A stretch of 64,000 nt of DNA from an uncultured Victivallaceae bacterium (lineage in GTDB: Bacteria; Verrucomicrobiota; Lentisphaeria; Victivallales; GWF2-50-93), in contig CAZWRV010000019.1 in NCBI GenBank assembly GCA_964636325.1, positions 10,471 to 74,470 on the forward strand, read 5' to 3'. The notes beneath the pieces were generated by a model. That model was not told where the DNA came from. It worked only from the letters and a program-made list of their open reading frames with translations, and searched no databases. Positions 25,459 to 36,039 of this stretch are shown here, in pieces (within the stretch, counting starts at the first letter, position 1; each line of letters starts with the position of its first letter). The position numbers and the translations under genes are program-made.

Positions 25459-27279
25459 ATGACGTACAGGGCTCTAATTCTAATCGGAGCGATTTTTGCG
25501 GCTTTTCCATTGGGTGCGCAGGAGGCGGTCAAGCAGGAAAAAGCCGCTGCGGAAACGCCCGCCGACATCCGCCGCCAGATCGAGGCGCTGCATTCGGAGT
25601 CGCCCGAGGCGAGGATGCTGGCGGCCTATGCGCTGGGGGAGCTTGGAGCGGCCGAGGCGGTTCCGGAGCTGATCGCGCTCCTCGGCGACCACGGCCCCAC
25701 GCATCAGAAAAAGATGCATGTCTGGCAGCCGCCGGACGTATACTGGGGTCTCTCGTTGTCGTCGCCCGGTCGAGAGGCGGCGAGGGCGCTGGTCAAGATT
25801 GGTGCGCCGTCGGCCGAGCCTCTCCTGGCGGTTTTGAAGGATCCGAAGAATTCCGGCCTTCCCAACGCGATCTGGGCGCTGGGTGAAATGCGTGAGCCGC
25901 GGGCCGTGGATTTCCTGCTGACCCGCCTGTGGGATGTCGGAGCGATTGTGGCCATAGGCAAGCTCCGCGAGCCCCGGGCAGCGCAAGGTCTCGTAAACCA
26001 GCTCGACAACGACTGGATCCGCTACGAAACGAGGTCGGCTCTTGTGCAAATCGGAAGGCCGTCGGTAGAACCTCTGATCGACGCTCTCAAGAACAAGGAC
26101 TTGAAGGATCAGAAGTCGAAGATTCGATCCTCCGCGGCCGAGCTTCTCGGCAGGATGGAAGTAAAGGAGGCACTTGAACCACTGATGGCCGCGGCTTTGG
26201 AGGACAATGCCGAACTGCGCTACCGCGCGGTCGAGGCGGTCGGAGTCATGGCGGGCAAGGATGACGCGAAGGCCGCAGAACTGCTGCGTGGCATGCTCAA
26301 GGACAAGGACTGGCGCGTGCGGGAACTTGCTGCGGTCGCGCTCGGACGCCTCGGCTGCGCCGCGGCCGCACCGGAAATCCGCGCGCTGCTGGCGGATCAG
26401 GACCTGACCGTGCGGGGCCGGGCGGCACAGGCTCTGGCAGCGATTGGCGACAAGACGTCCAGTCCGGATCTGCTCAAGTTGCTCGACGACAGAAAGCCGT
26501 TCCCGAAGAAATGCGCGGTCGAAGCGTTGGGCGCATTGAAGGAGCCCAAGGCCGTGAAACAGCTTTCGGCCCTTCTCAAAAAGGGCGACCCCGACTTGCG
26601 CCGTGCCGCGGCCGGCGCTCTCGGCCAGATCGGCGACCCCGCAGGAATAGCACCTCTTCTTGCCGTCATGGCGGACGATGACCAAGTTCTGAGGAAGATT
26701 TCAGCCGAATCGCTCGGCAAGATCGGAGCGCCGGCCGCCGCCCCGCTGGCCGACGCGATGAAGAGCATCAAGGACGGGCCGGACTCGGACAAGTCGTATG
26801 CGACGGCAAAACTTGCGGCGGTCGCCCTCGGAGAGCCCGCGGTTCCCTCGATGACGGGGCTTCTAGCATGCGGGAACTGGCGTGCGGAGGTCACCGCCGG
26901 GGACGCTCTGCGAGAAATGGGCGAGCCCGGAATCCAGGCGCTCTTCGCCGCGGCAAAGGCCGGCAAATGGCGCGCCATCCACCCCATCAGCCTGCTCGAC
27001 AAGGACAAACGGGCGCCGGATGTCCTGGTCGAGGCATTGAAATCCGGACCTGACGCCGTCAGAAAGGCGGCGGCGGAAGGGCTCGGCCGGCTGAAGCCGC
27101 GCCAGGCCGCAGTCTTCAACGCACTCGTCGCCGCTTTGGACGACAAGAGCGCGGAAGTCAAGGACAAGGCGGAATGGGCGCTCGGCGAGATCACTCGGCA
27201 GTATCTGGGCAAGGCCCCCGCAAAGTGGCGCGAATGGTGGAAGGCGAACGGAGCCAGATTCCTGGAGGGCAAGCTATGA
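25459..27279 (+). CDS. Exported HEAT-repeat (PBS lyase-like) protein
   Basis: Signal peptide MTYRALILIGAIFAAFPLGA and more than 12 repeats of the type VRxxAAxALGxLG. Confidence 0.85.
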   Translation: MTYRALILIGAIFAAFPLGAQEAVKQEKAAAETPADIRRQIEALHSESPEARMLAAYALGELGAAEAVPELIALLGDHGPTHQKKMHVWQPPDVYWGLSLSSPGREAARALVKIGAPSAEPLLAVLKDPKNSGLPNAIWALGEMREPRAVDFLLTRLWDVGAIVAIGKLREPRAAQGLVNQLDNDWIRYETRSALVQIGRPSVEPLIDALKNKDLKDQKSKIRSSAAELLGRMEVKEALEPLMAAALEDNAELRYRAVEAVGVMAGKDDAKAAELLRGMLKDKDWRVRELAAVALGRLGCAAAAPEIRALLADQDLTVRGRAAQALAAIGDKTSSPDLLKLLDDRKPFPKKCAVEALGALKEPKAVKQLSALLKKGDPDLRRAAAGALGQIGDPAGIAPLLAVMADDDQVLRKISAESLGKIGAPAAAPLADAMKSIKDGPDSDKSYATAKLAAVALGEPAVPSMTGLLACGNWRAEVTAGDALREMGEPGIQALFAAAKAGKWRAIHPISLLDKDKRAPDVLVEALKSGPDAVRKAAAEGLGRLKPRQAAVFNALVAALDDKSAEVKDKAEWALGEITRQYLGKAPAKWREWWKANGARFLEGKL

Positions 27280-28964
27280 TATTCCGACGGCATATGATCG
27301 CTTTCGCGGCCGCAGTTATTCAGGCGGCGGGAGCCTCCGTCTTTCCGGCGGAGCCGGAAGAATCATTCACATACAAGTCGAAGGAAGGTGTCGAATATGT
27401 CCTGACGGCGGACGGGATATCCTCAATCAAAGTCAAAGGCAAGGAAGTTGCGAAGGGCGGATTCTTCCTGCGCCACGACTTCGGGCAGCTTTTTCAGAGC
27501 GCTGCGACGAAGGTGAAGATTGAGCCTGTCGGCAGGAAGGAGCTGAAGCGGCTGAGCGACACCGAGGCGGAGGTGCGGAATTCGCAGGGCGAAGCGTCGG
27601 TGACCTACCGCTTCGCTTTCTCTGGAGAGGATGTGCAGATCCGGGCCAGGGTTGACAACGCAAATCCTTCCGAAGAAATCTGCATGGTCGGCTTCCAGGG
27701 GCCGCGGTTCGAATTCGCACAGGAGCCCAAGGGAAGGCTTTTTTCGCATGACCGCAGCTACATCAACCATCCGCCCCACGGGGGGCTCAAGGCCTTCTCG
27801 CATCCCGGCTACTGGAACCGGATGGGGGGCGCCTGGCTGGCCGGTGCGGACTACGGATTCGGCCTGAGTCCGCTGGATACGGGTCTTTCACGCACACTGT
27901 TTATCGGTGACAACTACAGTCCGGAGCTCCGCAAGGACGGAGACGTCTGGCGGCAGGGCTTCGTCTACATCGTGCCGACACCGGTTCCCGCGAACGGCGC
28001 CCGCGGCTATGCCATGACCCTGCGGGTCAGTCCGAACACTGACCGCTGGCATCTTCTCGATCCATACAAGATACATTTCACGAAGTCGTTCGGCGAGTGC
28101 CATTACAAGGCCGACCAGCGCATATTCGTCCAGTTCGGCGGCGGGGACGACTACCACTCCATGCCGGACAACCCCTACGGCTTCAACGGACCGGGCCGCC
28201 GCGTAGACCTCCCGGACGGGGCGAAATATTTCTGCGACTGGCTCATCCCCGGCCTCAAGGCGGCCGACGCGCAGGGGTTCATGGCCTGGGCGATCCAGGG
28301 GTGGGAGGCGCGCGGAGCCATGTACCGCACCGACTTCCATATCTTTCCGCCTGCGATCGCGGCGAATCTTCCTTATATCAAGGAGCGTTTCGAAGCCGCG
28401 GGCCTTCGCATGGGGCTTTGCACCAGGCCCGGAGAATTCACCGTCCGCTACGATCAGAGGTCGGACACGACGATCCGCATCAACGCGGACGACGAATGGC
28501 AGCTGGAGCTGCTCTGGCGCCAGTACCAGAAGGCCATAGAGATGGGATTCACCGCGTTCTACCTGGACACGTTCGGCAACACGCCGGAGGACGTCAGGAT
28601 CATGCGCTACCTCCGCGAACGCATGGGGCCGGACATCCAGACGTTCGTCGAGCACCAGTGCGACGTCATGATGCTCTACTCCGGCGCCTACAAGGAGATC
28701 GGCTACGACAAGAAGTCCGGGAAATATAGCGCGGACGAGGAGAACTGGGAATATTTCCGCTGGCTCGTCCCGGGCGTCCAGTGCATCGTCGCGAACCGAG
28801 TGGACGATAAAGACCTTCCGCCCGGCACCGAAAAGCCGTTCGAATATATGTTCCGGAACCATATGTCGCCGATGCCGATGGAATATCTGATAGGCGGACT
28901 GGCGCCGGAGTTAAAGGCGCTGACGGAGAAATATATAAACGACGACGGCCAGTGGAGGAAGTGA
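27276..28964 (+). CDS. Secreted hypothetical protein, possible (beta/alpha)8 glycoside-hydrolase-like C-domain
   Basis: ATGA overlap with the HEAT gene, signal peptide, beta-rich N-half, and a C-half with [11 protein letters not shown]. No family recognised. Confidence 0.6.
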   Translation: MIFRRHMIAFAAAVIQAAGASVFPAEPEESFTYKSKEGVEYVLTADGISSIKVKGKEVAKGGFFLRHDFGQLFQSAATKVKIEPVGRKELKRLSDTEAEVRNSQGEASVTYRFAFSGEDVQIRARVDNANPSEEICMVGFQGPRFEFAQEPKGRLFSHDRSYINHPPHGGLKAFSHPGYWNRMGGAWLAGADYGFGLSPLDTGLSRTLFIGDNYSPELRKDGDVWRQGFVYIVPTPVPANGARGYAMTLRVSPNTDRWHLLDPYKIHFTKSFGECHYKADQRIFVQFGGGDDYHSMPDNPYGFNGPGRRVDLPDGAKYFCDWLIPGLKAADAQGFMAWAIQGWEARGAMYRTDFHIFPPAIAANLPYIKERFEAAGLRMGLCTRPGEFTVRYDQRSDTTIRINADDEWQLELLWRQYQKAIEMGFTAFYLDTFGNTPEDVRIMRYLRERMGPDIQTFVEHQCDVMMLYSGAYKEIGYDKKSGKYSADEENWEYFRWLVPGVQCIVANRVDDKDLPPGTEKPFEYMFRNHMSPMPMEYLIGGLAPELKALTEKYINDDGQWRK

Positions 28965-28991
28965 GAAGGATTTGCTGATTTGGGAAAAATT

Positions 28992-29033
28992 CGATTGCAT
29001 TCGAATGCGGTCGGCCGCAATCGATTGCAGTCG
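28992..29033. repeat. Family B 10-bp array, 4 units
   Basis: cg attgcattcg aatgcggtcg gccgcaatcg attgcagtcg. Confidence 0.75.
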
Positions 29034-29061
29034 TAAAATCAATAATGCGACTGGAGGTAAA

Positions 29062-29856
29062 ATGCATACGAAAACATGTCGGCGCCTGGCAGGTCATCCA
29101 AAGGGCTTTACCCTTATAGAGTTACTCGTCGTCATCGCGATAATCGCGATACTCTGCGCGATGCTGCTGCCCGGACTGAGGAAGGCAAGGGACGCCGCAA
29201 AGCAGAAGGACTGCTCATCGAAGCAGAGGCAGATACTGATTGCAGGAGTCGCCTACGGCAACGACTTCGACGGCTACCTTATGCCGAATGCAGGAGGTTC
29301 AGGCGATTACTGGGGGCAGATCATTGTCACTGACGCTTGGGGCGTTCCGACTCCGAAGGGCATGGGTATTCTGATGGGCAACAACTACCTGCCAATGTCC
29401 TGCGGAGCTGTCCTCTGGTGCACCGGATTCGAGGTGGACAATGCCGCCGCCGACGCCAGCAGGTATACCGGCTTCATAGAAAGGCAGAACAAAGGTTTTT
29501 TTGGCCCATCCGGCCTGAACGACTACACATGGTCGCCGTATTCGTTCAGTGTGAGCGCTCGTTATGGAGGGCCTGCATGCGCCAGGCTTGGCGACAAGTA
29601 TCTGAATAATTATCCATGCCTGATTTCGTGCACGGGTTTCGCATACATGGCATATGCCTACCGAAATGCATATCCAGGTTATTGCGGTGGAAAACCGCAC
29701 GGGTTAAGCGGCTGTAACTTCGGCTTCGTGGACGGACGTGTCCAATTTTATACGATGAAGTGGATTCTGTACAATTCCGGCGGGAGGTTCTGGGGGAATC
29801 TCACCCGTGAAACAGAGCCATGGTATTGGAGAAGCGGCAAGTTCAACGAGATGTGA
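29062..29856 (+). CDS. Prepilin-type N-terminal cleavage/methylation + H-X9-DG domain protein
   Basis: RBS GGAGG; [30 protein letters not shown]; [15 protein letters not shown]. Confidence 0.88.
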   Translation: MHTKTCRRLAGHPKGFTLIELLVVIAIIAILCAMLLPGLRKARDAAKQKDCSSKQRQILIAGVAYGNDFDGYLMPNAGGSGDYWGQIIVTDAWGVPTPKGMGILMGNNYLPMSCGAVLWCTGFEVDNAAADASRYTGFIERQNKGFFGPSGLNDYTWSPYSFSVSARYGGPACARLGDKYLNNYPCLISCTGFAYMAYAYRNAYPGYCGGKPHGLSGCNFGFVDGRVQFYTMKWILYNSGGRFWGNLTRETEPWYWRSGKFNEM

Positions 29857-29863
29857 TTTCAGA

Positions 29864-29885
29864 CGACTGCGGCCGAGCGCAGGCG
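29864..29885. repeat. Family B array, 2 units
   Basis: cg actgcggccg agcgcaggcg. Confidence 0.55.
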
Positions 29886-29917
29886 AATGTTTCAGTAAAT
29901 TATTTTGGAGGTAAAAG

Positions 29918-32900
29918 ATGTTCAAAGGCGTCCTTAAGGCGATGTCGGCGGCGGGATTTGTTTCGGCGGTCTATCTGGCGCTGGCCGGAGGGACGGCGCT
30001 GGGGCTTCAGTATCCGGCCGAGAAAATCCCGGTTCTGAACGTTCCGAAGATGAAGGCGCCGCCTAAGATTGACGGAGTGATTGATCCGGCGGAATGGAAG
30101 GATTCGGCGCGGGTCATGGGCGTTGTCTCAACTTCGAGCCTGGCCTACAAGGATCGTCCGGTGTCTTTCAATGTCGCATGGGACGACGAGCATCTCTACA
30201 TCGCCGCGGTCAGCGACATTCTCCCCGGGCACCGGCTGTATAAAAGCCGCCGCGACCGCTTCACCACGGGCGTGGTCTTCGACGACAGCTACGAGTTCGG
30301 CATCTTCATGCACGACCGCAACAAGCTGCCGGAGGAGGTGAGCAGCTTCCAGAAGATCATCATCAATGCGCTTGGCGCCGGCGAATACATGAAGATATAC
30401 CCCTCGATCGGGCAGAACATGTACAACTGGCAGCCGGATCCGCAGATCGCCAACCGCATCTACGAGGAGAACGGCAAGCAGTGGTGGGCGCTGGAGGTGG
30501 CATTCAGCCTCTCCGACCTGCAGATGCCGGTCAAGAACAAGGCGGGAGACAAGGTGGACATGCTGCTTGCGGCGGACCTCAAGAACCCGGGATGGCAGTG
30601 GCTCGACTTCCCCAGCGCCTCCGGTCATCTCGAACACTACGGATTCACCAAGATGGTCCTGACCGAGAAGGAGCCCTATGTGCAGATCGAGCAGTTCAGC
30701 GGCCTGCACGACGAGAAGATCGATCTCAGGAGCGTCGTCCACAACCCCGGCTCCAAGCCGGTGACGGTCGAGGCGTCGGTCCAGGCGAACTACAATCCGC
30801 CGCCCAAGAGCGAGGAGAAGGCGCGGCAGTTCCTGGACGTCAAGAAGACGCTTGAGATTCCCGCGGGCGGCTCGGCCCGTTTCGACGTGGCCGAGGCGTT
30901 TCCGGGATTGAAATACGATAGGACGGAATGGGGCGGGGTTGTCAACGTCAGCAACCTCAAGCTATCTTTCTGCCGTGCGAATGCCGAAGACGCTCCGACG
31001 GTCTACAGCTACCATTGCGATTTCTCCGGAACCGACAAGAGCTATCTGACGGCGACTCCGCGGACAACTCCATTCGACTGCGGCGTCACGTTCAACCCGG
31101 CGAGCAACCAGATGAGCATCTTCGGCGACACGCTGGACGCCCGGATTCCGCAGGGCAGCCAGCCCGCCAAGCTCAAATACGTTGTCAGCCGCGACGGAAA
31201 GCCCATCCAGGATGGATTCATAGACCTCTTCGTCAATTTGAAGTATGAGGGTCTGGTGCCGCTCACGGATCCGCAGCCTGGAAAGTACCAAGTCACGCTC
31301 TCCCTGGTGGACAAGGACGGCAAGGTTCTTGTCAGCCGCGACGACATTTCTTTCGAGAAGAAGGACGAGGCCAAAGTCTTCGCCCACTGGTGGAACAACA
31401 AGATCGGCGATCCCGAGAAGGTGCTCAAGCCGTTCGAGCCGATCAGGGTGGACGGGGACAAGGCTGCGGTCACCCGCCGCATTTACACTCTCGACGGGCT
31501 CGGCCTGCCGCGCCAGATCGAATCCAATGGCGGCAACGTCCTCTCCGCGCCGGCACGGATCGTGGTGAAGGTCGCCGGAAAGGAACACGTGGTGCCGACC
31601 GACGGCACGGTGACATACAAAGACAAGAAAGACTGGCGCACGGAATTCACGGGCAAGGCCTCGGTGGCCGGCATCGCCTTCACCGTCAATGGCTGGATGG
31701 AGCAGGACGGCCTCGTGAACCTAGACCTCACCTACGCGCCCGCTGCTGCGGCAGCCCCCGGTTCGGTTGCGACGGCAGCCCCTGCCGTCGCATTGGAAGA
31801 CCTCCGCGTCGAATGGCCTGTGGACGGTTCCGAAGGCAGTTGGATGCAGTGCATCGGGGGCGTCGGCGGCAACTACGCGCCGCGGACGATCGGCATGGTG
31901 CCGGAAGGCGAAGGCCAGGTGTGGGACTCGCTCAAGGACATCGGCAAGGCCGGTTCCAAGATGCTCCTCGGCAACTGGGAGAACAACCTCTGGGTCGGCA
32001 ACGACCGGCGCGGACTGTGCTGGTTCGGCGACAGCGACCAGGGATGGGTTCCGGACGACAAGACTCCGGCCCACAGCCTTTTCCGCGACGGGAAGGCGGT
32101 GGTCATCCGCAACCACATCGTCAATCTTCCGGCCGGCGCGCCCGCCTTCAAGCTTGATGCGCCGCGCACCATCAACCTCCAGTACAACGCCACCCCGTTC
32201 CGCCATCTCGCAAAGGGCTGGCGCCTCACACAGGTCTCTGCGTGCAACGGATTCTCGTCAAAGGACTGGAAATTCGACGAGGACGACAAGAAGGACTATT
32301 TCACCATTTTGAGCATGCCTTCGAAGGATCCGGCCAAGTGGCCTTATTATCTGGAGAAATACAAGAAGATCGCCGATTCCAAGGCGCGCCCCGGCGGCTT
32401 CTTCAGCATCGGGCCCCGCCTCGGAATGCACCTCAACAACCAGATCGCTCTGCGCGGCTACGACAGAAAGACCCGCGAGCCCGGGCTCTACGAATACTTC
32501 GCCGCCGACTGGGACACCGAATTCGACGGCGAATCTCTCAACAAGACCTACCGCGACTACATGCTCTACCTCATGAACATGCACGTGCGCGACGGCGGCT
32601 TGGCGCACTACTACTTCGACATCAGCTTCACCCGTTCGACGTCGGCGCTAGCGGCAGGCTTCGGCTACCGTCTCCCCGACGGGCGCGTCCAGCCCGCCAG
32701 CATGGACGGCCCGCTTCGCGAGTGGTACAAGCGCGTCTGGGCGCTGATGCAGGAATACGATTTCTATCCCGGCGGAGTCTCCGGCCACGCGACTCATTCA
32801 ATACCGTTGCGCGCGATGCCCTGGACGGACAGCATGCTCGACGCGGAATATCCGATCAAGGATGCGGTTACGGTCTACACCAAGGACAGCATGATCGCCA

Positions 32901-33850
32901 TGTCCGTGCCTCACAACTTCGGAGTCAAAATTGACCACCACGGCCACATGGATCCGCGCTGGCCCACGATGTTCGACGCAGGCATGGGCGGCGGCGGCGG
33001 ACAGTTCAACACCCCGGCCTTCCGCCATTTCGGAATCGCCGCGGACGACGTGGAGTTCCTCGGCTTCTGGCGAAACGGTGAAATCATAAAGCCCGCCGAC
33101 AAGGGGGTGCTGGTCTCCGCCTGGAAGCGCCCCGGCAAGCTGATGCTGCAAGTTTTCAACTACGGGCTCGATCCAGAAGGGCAGGAGAAGACCCGCTCCG
33201 GGAAGATGAAGCTCGATCTGAAGGCTCTTGGCGTTCCTCCGGGAATCCAGCCCGGCCAGGTCCGTGTCCGCGAGGCCGTGGTCGATCAGGAAAACCGCGT
33301 CTCGGAGCGGAGCGCAATATTCGCCTGGTACCAGCATCTTCTTGAACAGCCGCGCTGGCCGAAGGATCAGGCGCCGCGGATCAGGCCGGCGCTCAATCCC
33401 AGCATCAACACCGACGGCTGGATCGATGACGTGCATGTCTATTACCATGACTGCCGCTTCCTTGAAATCACCTGGGACGACGCTCCGCTCAAACGGGATG
33501 CCGTAGCCGATGCCGTCGGCTTTGACAATGTCGAGAGCGCCCTCAACTGGGGCTTCAGCCGTGCCGCGTCCGCGGACGCCGACGTGAAGAGCGCCTCGGA
33601 GGGGGTCGCCGTCAAGGCCTGGAAGCAGCCGGGCACTGCGATGCTCCTTGTCAAAAACACGTCGGCAGATGGCAAGCCGCTTGACGCCGCGCTCGCTGCC
33701 GACCTCGACAAACTTGGCGTAAAGGTGCAAAAGCTCTGGAATTCATATACCCAGTGCCTGGGCGGAGAACTCGACCCGGTCACAGGAGCTATAACCGTAA
33801 AAGGACTTAAGCCCGGCGAGCAGCGCCTGGTTTTCATAGACACGTTCTGA
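29918..33850 (+). CDS. Secreted putative glycoside hydrolase (CBM9-like + DUF6067/GH123-like), paralog 2
   Basis: Signal peptide; PPKIDGVIDPAEW, AWDDEHLYIA; GLCWFGDSDQGW, HYYFDIS, GRVQPAS...LREWYKRVW. Confidence 0.6.
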   Translation: MFKGVLKAMSAAGFVSAVYLALAGGTALGLQYPAEKIPVLNVPKMKAPPKIDGVIDPAEWKDSARVMGVVSTSSLAYKDRPVSFNVAWDDEHLYIAAVSDILPGHRLYKSRRDRFTTGVVFDDSYEFGIFMHDRNKLPEEVSSFQKIIINALGAGEYMKIYPSIGQNMYNWQPDPQIANRIYEENGKQWWALEVAFSLSDLQMPVKNKAGDKVDMLLAADLKNPGWQWLDFPSASGHLEHYGFTKMVLTEKEPYVQIEQFSGLHDEKIDLRSVVHNPGSKPVTVEASVQANYNPPPKSEEKARQFLDVKKTLEIPAGGSARFDVAEAFPGLKYDRTEWGGVVNVSNLKLSFCRANAEDAPTVYSYHCDFSGTDKSYLTATPRTTPFDCGVTFNPASNQMSIFGDTLDARIPQGSQPAKLKYVVSRDGKPIQDGFIDLFVNLKYEGLVPLTDPQPGKYQVTLSLVDKDGKVLVSRDDISFEKKDEAKVFAHWWNNKIGDPEKVLKPFEPIRVDGDKAAVTRRIYTLDGLGLPRQIESNGGNVLSAPARIVVKVAGKEHVVPTDGTVTYKDKKDWRTEFTGKASVAGIAFTVNGWMEQDGLVNLDLTYAPAAAAAPGSVATAAPAVALEDLRVEWPVDGSEGSWMQCIGGVGGNYAPRTIGMVPEGEGQVWDSLKDIGKAGSKMLLGNWENNLWVGNDRRGLCWFGDSDQGWVPDDKTPAHSLFRDGKAVVIRNHIVNLPAGAPAFKLDAPRTINLQYNATPFRHLAKGWRLTQVSACNGFSSKDWKFDEDDKKDYFTILSMPSKDPAKWPYYLEKYKKIADSKARPGGFFSIGPRLGMHLNNQIALRGYDRKTREPGLYEYFAADWDTEFDGESLNKTYRDYMLYLMNMHVRDGGLAHYYFDISFTRSTSALAAGFGYRLPDGRVQPASMDGPLREWYKRVWALMQEYDFYPGGVSGHATHSIPLRAMPWTDSMLDAEYPIKDAVTVYTKDSMIAMSVPHNFGVKIDHHGHMDPRWPTMFDAGMGGGGGQFNTPAFRHFGIAADDVEFLGFWRNGEIIKPADKGVLVSAWKRPGKLMLQVFNYGLDPEGQEKTRSGKMKLDLKALGVPPGIQPGQVRVREAVVDQENRVSERSAIFAWYQHLLEQPRWPKDQAPRIRPALNPSINTDGWIDDVHVYYHDCRFLEITWDDAPLKRDAVADAVGFDNVESALNWGFSRAASADADVKSASEGVAVKAWKQPGTAMLLVKNTSADGKPLDAALAADLDKLGVKVQKLWNSYTQCLGGELDPVTGAITVKGLKPGEQRLVFIDTF

Positions 33851-33861
33851 AAACCAAAAAT

Positions 33862-33885
33862 GCGACTGCGGCCGGCCGCAGTCGC
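33862..33885. repeat. Family B array, perfect 24-bp palindrome
   Basis: GCGACTGCGGCCGGCCGCAGTCGC. Confidence 0.75.
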
Positions 33886-33913
33886 GTGCTATCAAAACAG
33901 ATATAGGAGGAGT

Positions 33914-34978
33914 ATGATTCGCAACGGGAAAATCACGGCATCCGACATCAAGCGTCACGCGCTGGAGATCGGAGCGGATATTGTCGGCATCGGCAACATA
34001 GAACGTTGGAAGGGCAGCCCCCGCCAGATGGACCCCCTGCAGATCATGCCCGAGTGCAGGTCAGTTATCGTCTGCGGCTTCCGCGTGATGCGCGGCAGCC
34101 TCCGCGGAGTCGAGGAAGGGACGATGTTCAGCAACTACGCCGCGATGGGCTACGGCGGCGTCACATACATACGCATGCCTCCGGTGATGTGGGGCCTTGC
34201 GGGATTCATCGAGGATGCCGGCTACGAGGCGATGCCGCTGGGTCAGATCGACTGCTGGCGCTCCTACGACGATGCCGGAAAAGTCTGGGACGGCTTCAGC
34301 CGTCCGGTGGCCGAGGGCAGGGCGGCCCCCGACGTTTCGCCCCACACCCGCGTCGCGGCATATCTCGCCGGGCTCGGCGAATTCGGCTGGAGCAAGGTCT
34401 TCCTCAATCCGAAATACGGACCGCGCGTCCGCTACGGCCTCGTGCTGACCGAGCTAGAGCTCGAACCCGATCCGATCTACAGCGGGCCGAAACTATGCAA
34501 CAAGTGCATGGCCTGCGCCAGGGAATGCCCCGCCAGGGCCATAACAAGCGATCCGAACAATTCTGAAGGTATAACTTTCGCCGACGGCTCCAGGATCGAG
34601 TGGGGAAAGTTCGACGCCGTCCGATGCTGCAACTGCTTCAGCGGCGGCGAGATACCTGAAGACCAGGAGAGCATCAAGCCGGAAGACGCCTATTCGAACT
34701 GGCTCGGAATGAAGTCGGTGCGAGGTTCGCACGGCCCCTTCTACAGGAAGCCGGCGCCCGTCTACTACACAGGCCAGGCCGTCTGCGGAGGGAAGGGATG
34801 CGTCCGCGCATGCATGATGAGCCTTGAGGCGCGCGGAGCGGTCGAAAACACTTTCCACCAGAAGTTCCGCCGCCGCAAGCCCTGGGCGATAGACTGGTCC
34901 AAGCCGGCACCTGCGATAGAGCATCCCGTCAAGTCATTCGCCGCCCAGGCTGAAAAGCCGAAAGACGACGTCTCATGA
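33914..34978 (+). CDS. QueG/reductive-dehalogenase-superfamily protein (cobalamin + 2x[4Fe-4S], putative)
   Basis: GADIVGIG, AYLAGLGEFG...NPKYGPRVRYGLVLTELELEPD, CNKCMACARECP and a second Cys cluster CCNC...CGGKGCVRAC. Confidence 0.75.
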   Translation: MIRNGKITASDIKRHALEIGADIVGIGNIERWKGSPRQMDPLQIMPECRSVIVCGFRVMRGSLRGVEEGTMFSNYAAMGYGGVTYIRMPPVMWGLAGFIEDAGYEAMPLGQIDCWRSYDDAGKVWDGFSRPVAEGRAAPDVSPHTRVAAYLAGLGEFGWSKVFLNPKYGPRVRYGLVLTELELEPDPIYSGPKLCNKCMACARECPARAITSDPNNSEGITFADGSRIEWGKFDAVRCCNCFSGGEIPEDQESIKPEDAYSNWLGMKSVRGSHGPFYRKPAPVYYTGQAVCGGKGCVRACMMSLEARGAVENTFHQKFRRRKPWAIDWSKPAPAIEHPVKSFAAQAEKPKDDVS

Positions 34979-36030
34979 AGTTCTCCATCGGCTACCAGCT
35001 TCCCGGAGAAGGCGGAGAACGTTTTTCGGATGTGGTCCGGGAATATTCTCCACAGATCGCCGAAGTCTATTTCCCCTGGGCGGACCAGCCGAGCGGCCGC
35101 GCGGCTTTGAATGTCCGGCGCGGTTATGTCGACTGGAAGGCGCAGGAGGAAATGGAGGCCGAGCTCCGCGAAATCTGCGGGATGGGTGTCCGGCTGAACC
35201 TGCTTTTCAACGCCAGCTGCTACGGAGGACGCGCCATCAGCGAGCATCTCGAGCACCAGGTGGCGTCGGTGATCGAACATCTCTCTGAGATACTGGGGCG
35301 TCTGGACGGAGTGACCACGGCTTCGCTGGCCGTGGCCAACACTATGAAACGGCATTTCCCGGACGTGAAGGTCCGGGCATCCGTCAACATGCGGATCGGG
35401 ACTGTGCATGCCATGGAATATGTAGGGCACCTCTTCGACGAATACTGCGTGCAGCGCGAGATGAACCGCGACATCGAGAAAATCCGCGAACTTCGCAGAT
35501 GGGCCGACGCAAACGGAAAGGGAATCAGCATCCTGGCGAACAGCGGCTGCCTGAGGCATTGCAGCGGCCAGACATTCCACGACAACCTGGTGGCGCACGA
35601 ACAGGAGGTGGACGAGACGCGCAACACCTCGGGCTGGTCGCCGATACTGTGCCGGCATGTCGTCGGCGCAGCGGGCGGAAGACACCATGTCCTGCGGGCG
35701 ACCTGGATCCGGCCGGAGGACATCGGCCGTTATGAAGGTGTAATTGATCTGGTGAAACTCGCGACAAGGATGCACGAGCGGCCGCGGATGGTCGTCGCAG
35801 CATACGCCAACCGACGGTTCCACGGCAATCTGCTCAACCTCTTTGAGCCAAGCCATACTGCCGCATTCGACGGTTGCTGGATTGACAACGACGCGTTTCC
35901 CACCGACTGGTTCGAGCATACCTCGGAGTGTGTCCGTCGAGACGGTGAATGCGCCCGTTGCAATGAAATACTGAAAACGGTGCTGAAGGAGTCTGGCCCG
36001 GAGGAGTATATCTTCATCGAAAAGTTCTGA
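34975..36030 (+). CDS. Peptidase U32-like Fe-S protein
   Basis: VYF, LNLLFNASC, ASVNMRI, REMNRD, ILANSGCLRHC...H...H...C, WIRPEDI, KLATR. ATGA overlap with the upstream gene. Confidence 0.7.
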   Translation: MKFSIGYQLPGEGGERFSDVVREYSPQIAEVYFPWADQPSGRAALNVRRGYVDWKAQEEMEAELREICGMGVRLNLLFNASCYGGRAISEHLEHQVASVIEHLSEILGRLDGVTTASLAVANTMKRHFPDVKVRASVNMRIGTVHAMEYVGHLFDEYCVQREMNRDIEKIRELRRWADANGKGISILANSGCLRHCSGQTFHDNLVAHEQEVDETRNTSGWSPILCRHVVGAAGGRHHVLRATWIRPEDIGRYEGVIDLVKLATRMHERPRMVVAAYANRRFHGNLLNLFEPSHTAAFDGCWIDNDAFPTDWFEHTSECVRRDGECARCNEILKTVLKESGPEEYIFIEKF

Positions 36031-36039
36031 ATAAAAATG

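Noticed and set aside
33914-34978. Respiratory reductive dehalogenase RdhA
   Set aside because: No Tat signal, no small rdhB membrane-anchor gene, and shorter than typical RdhA; only superfamily-level similarity is claimed.
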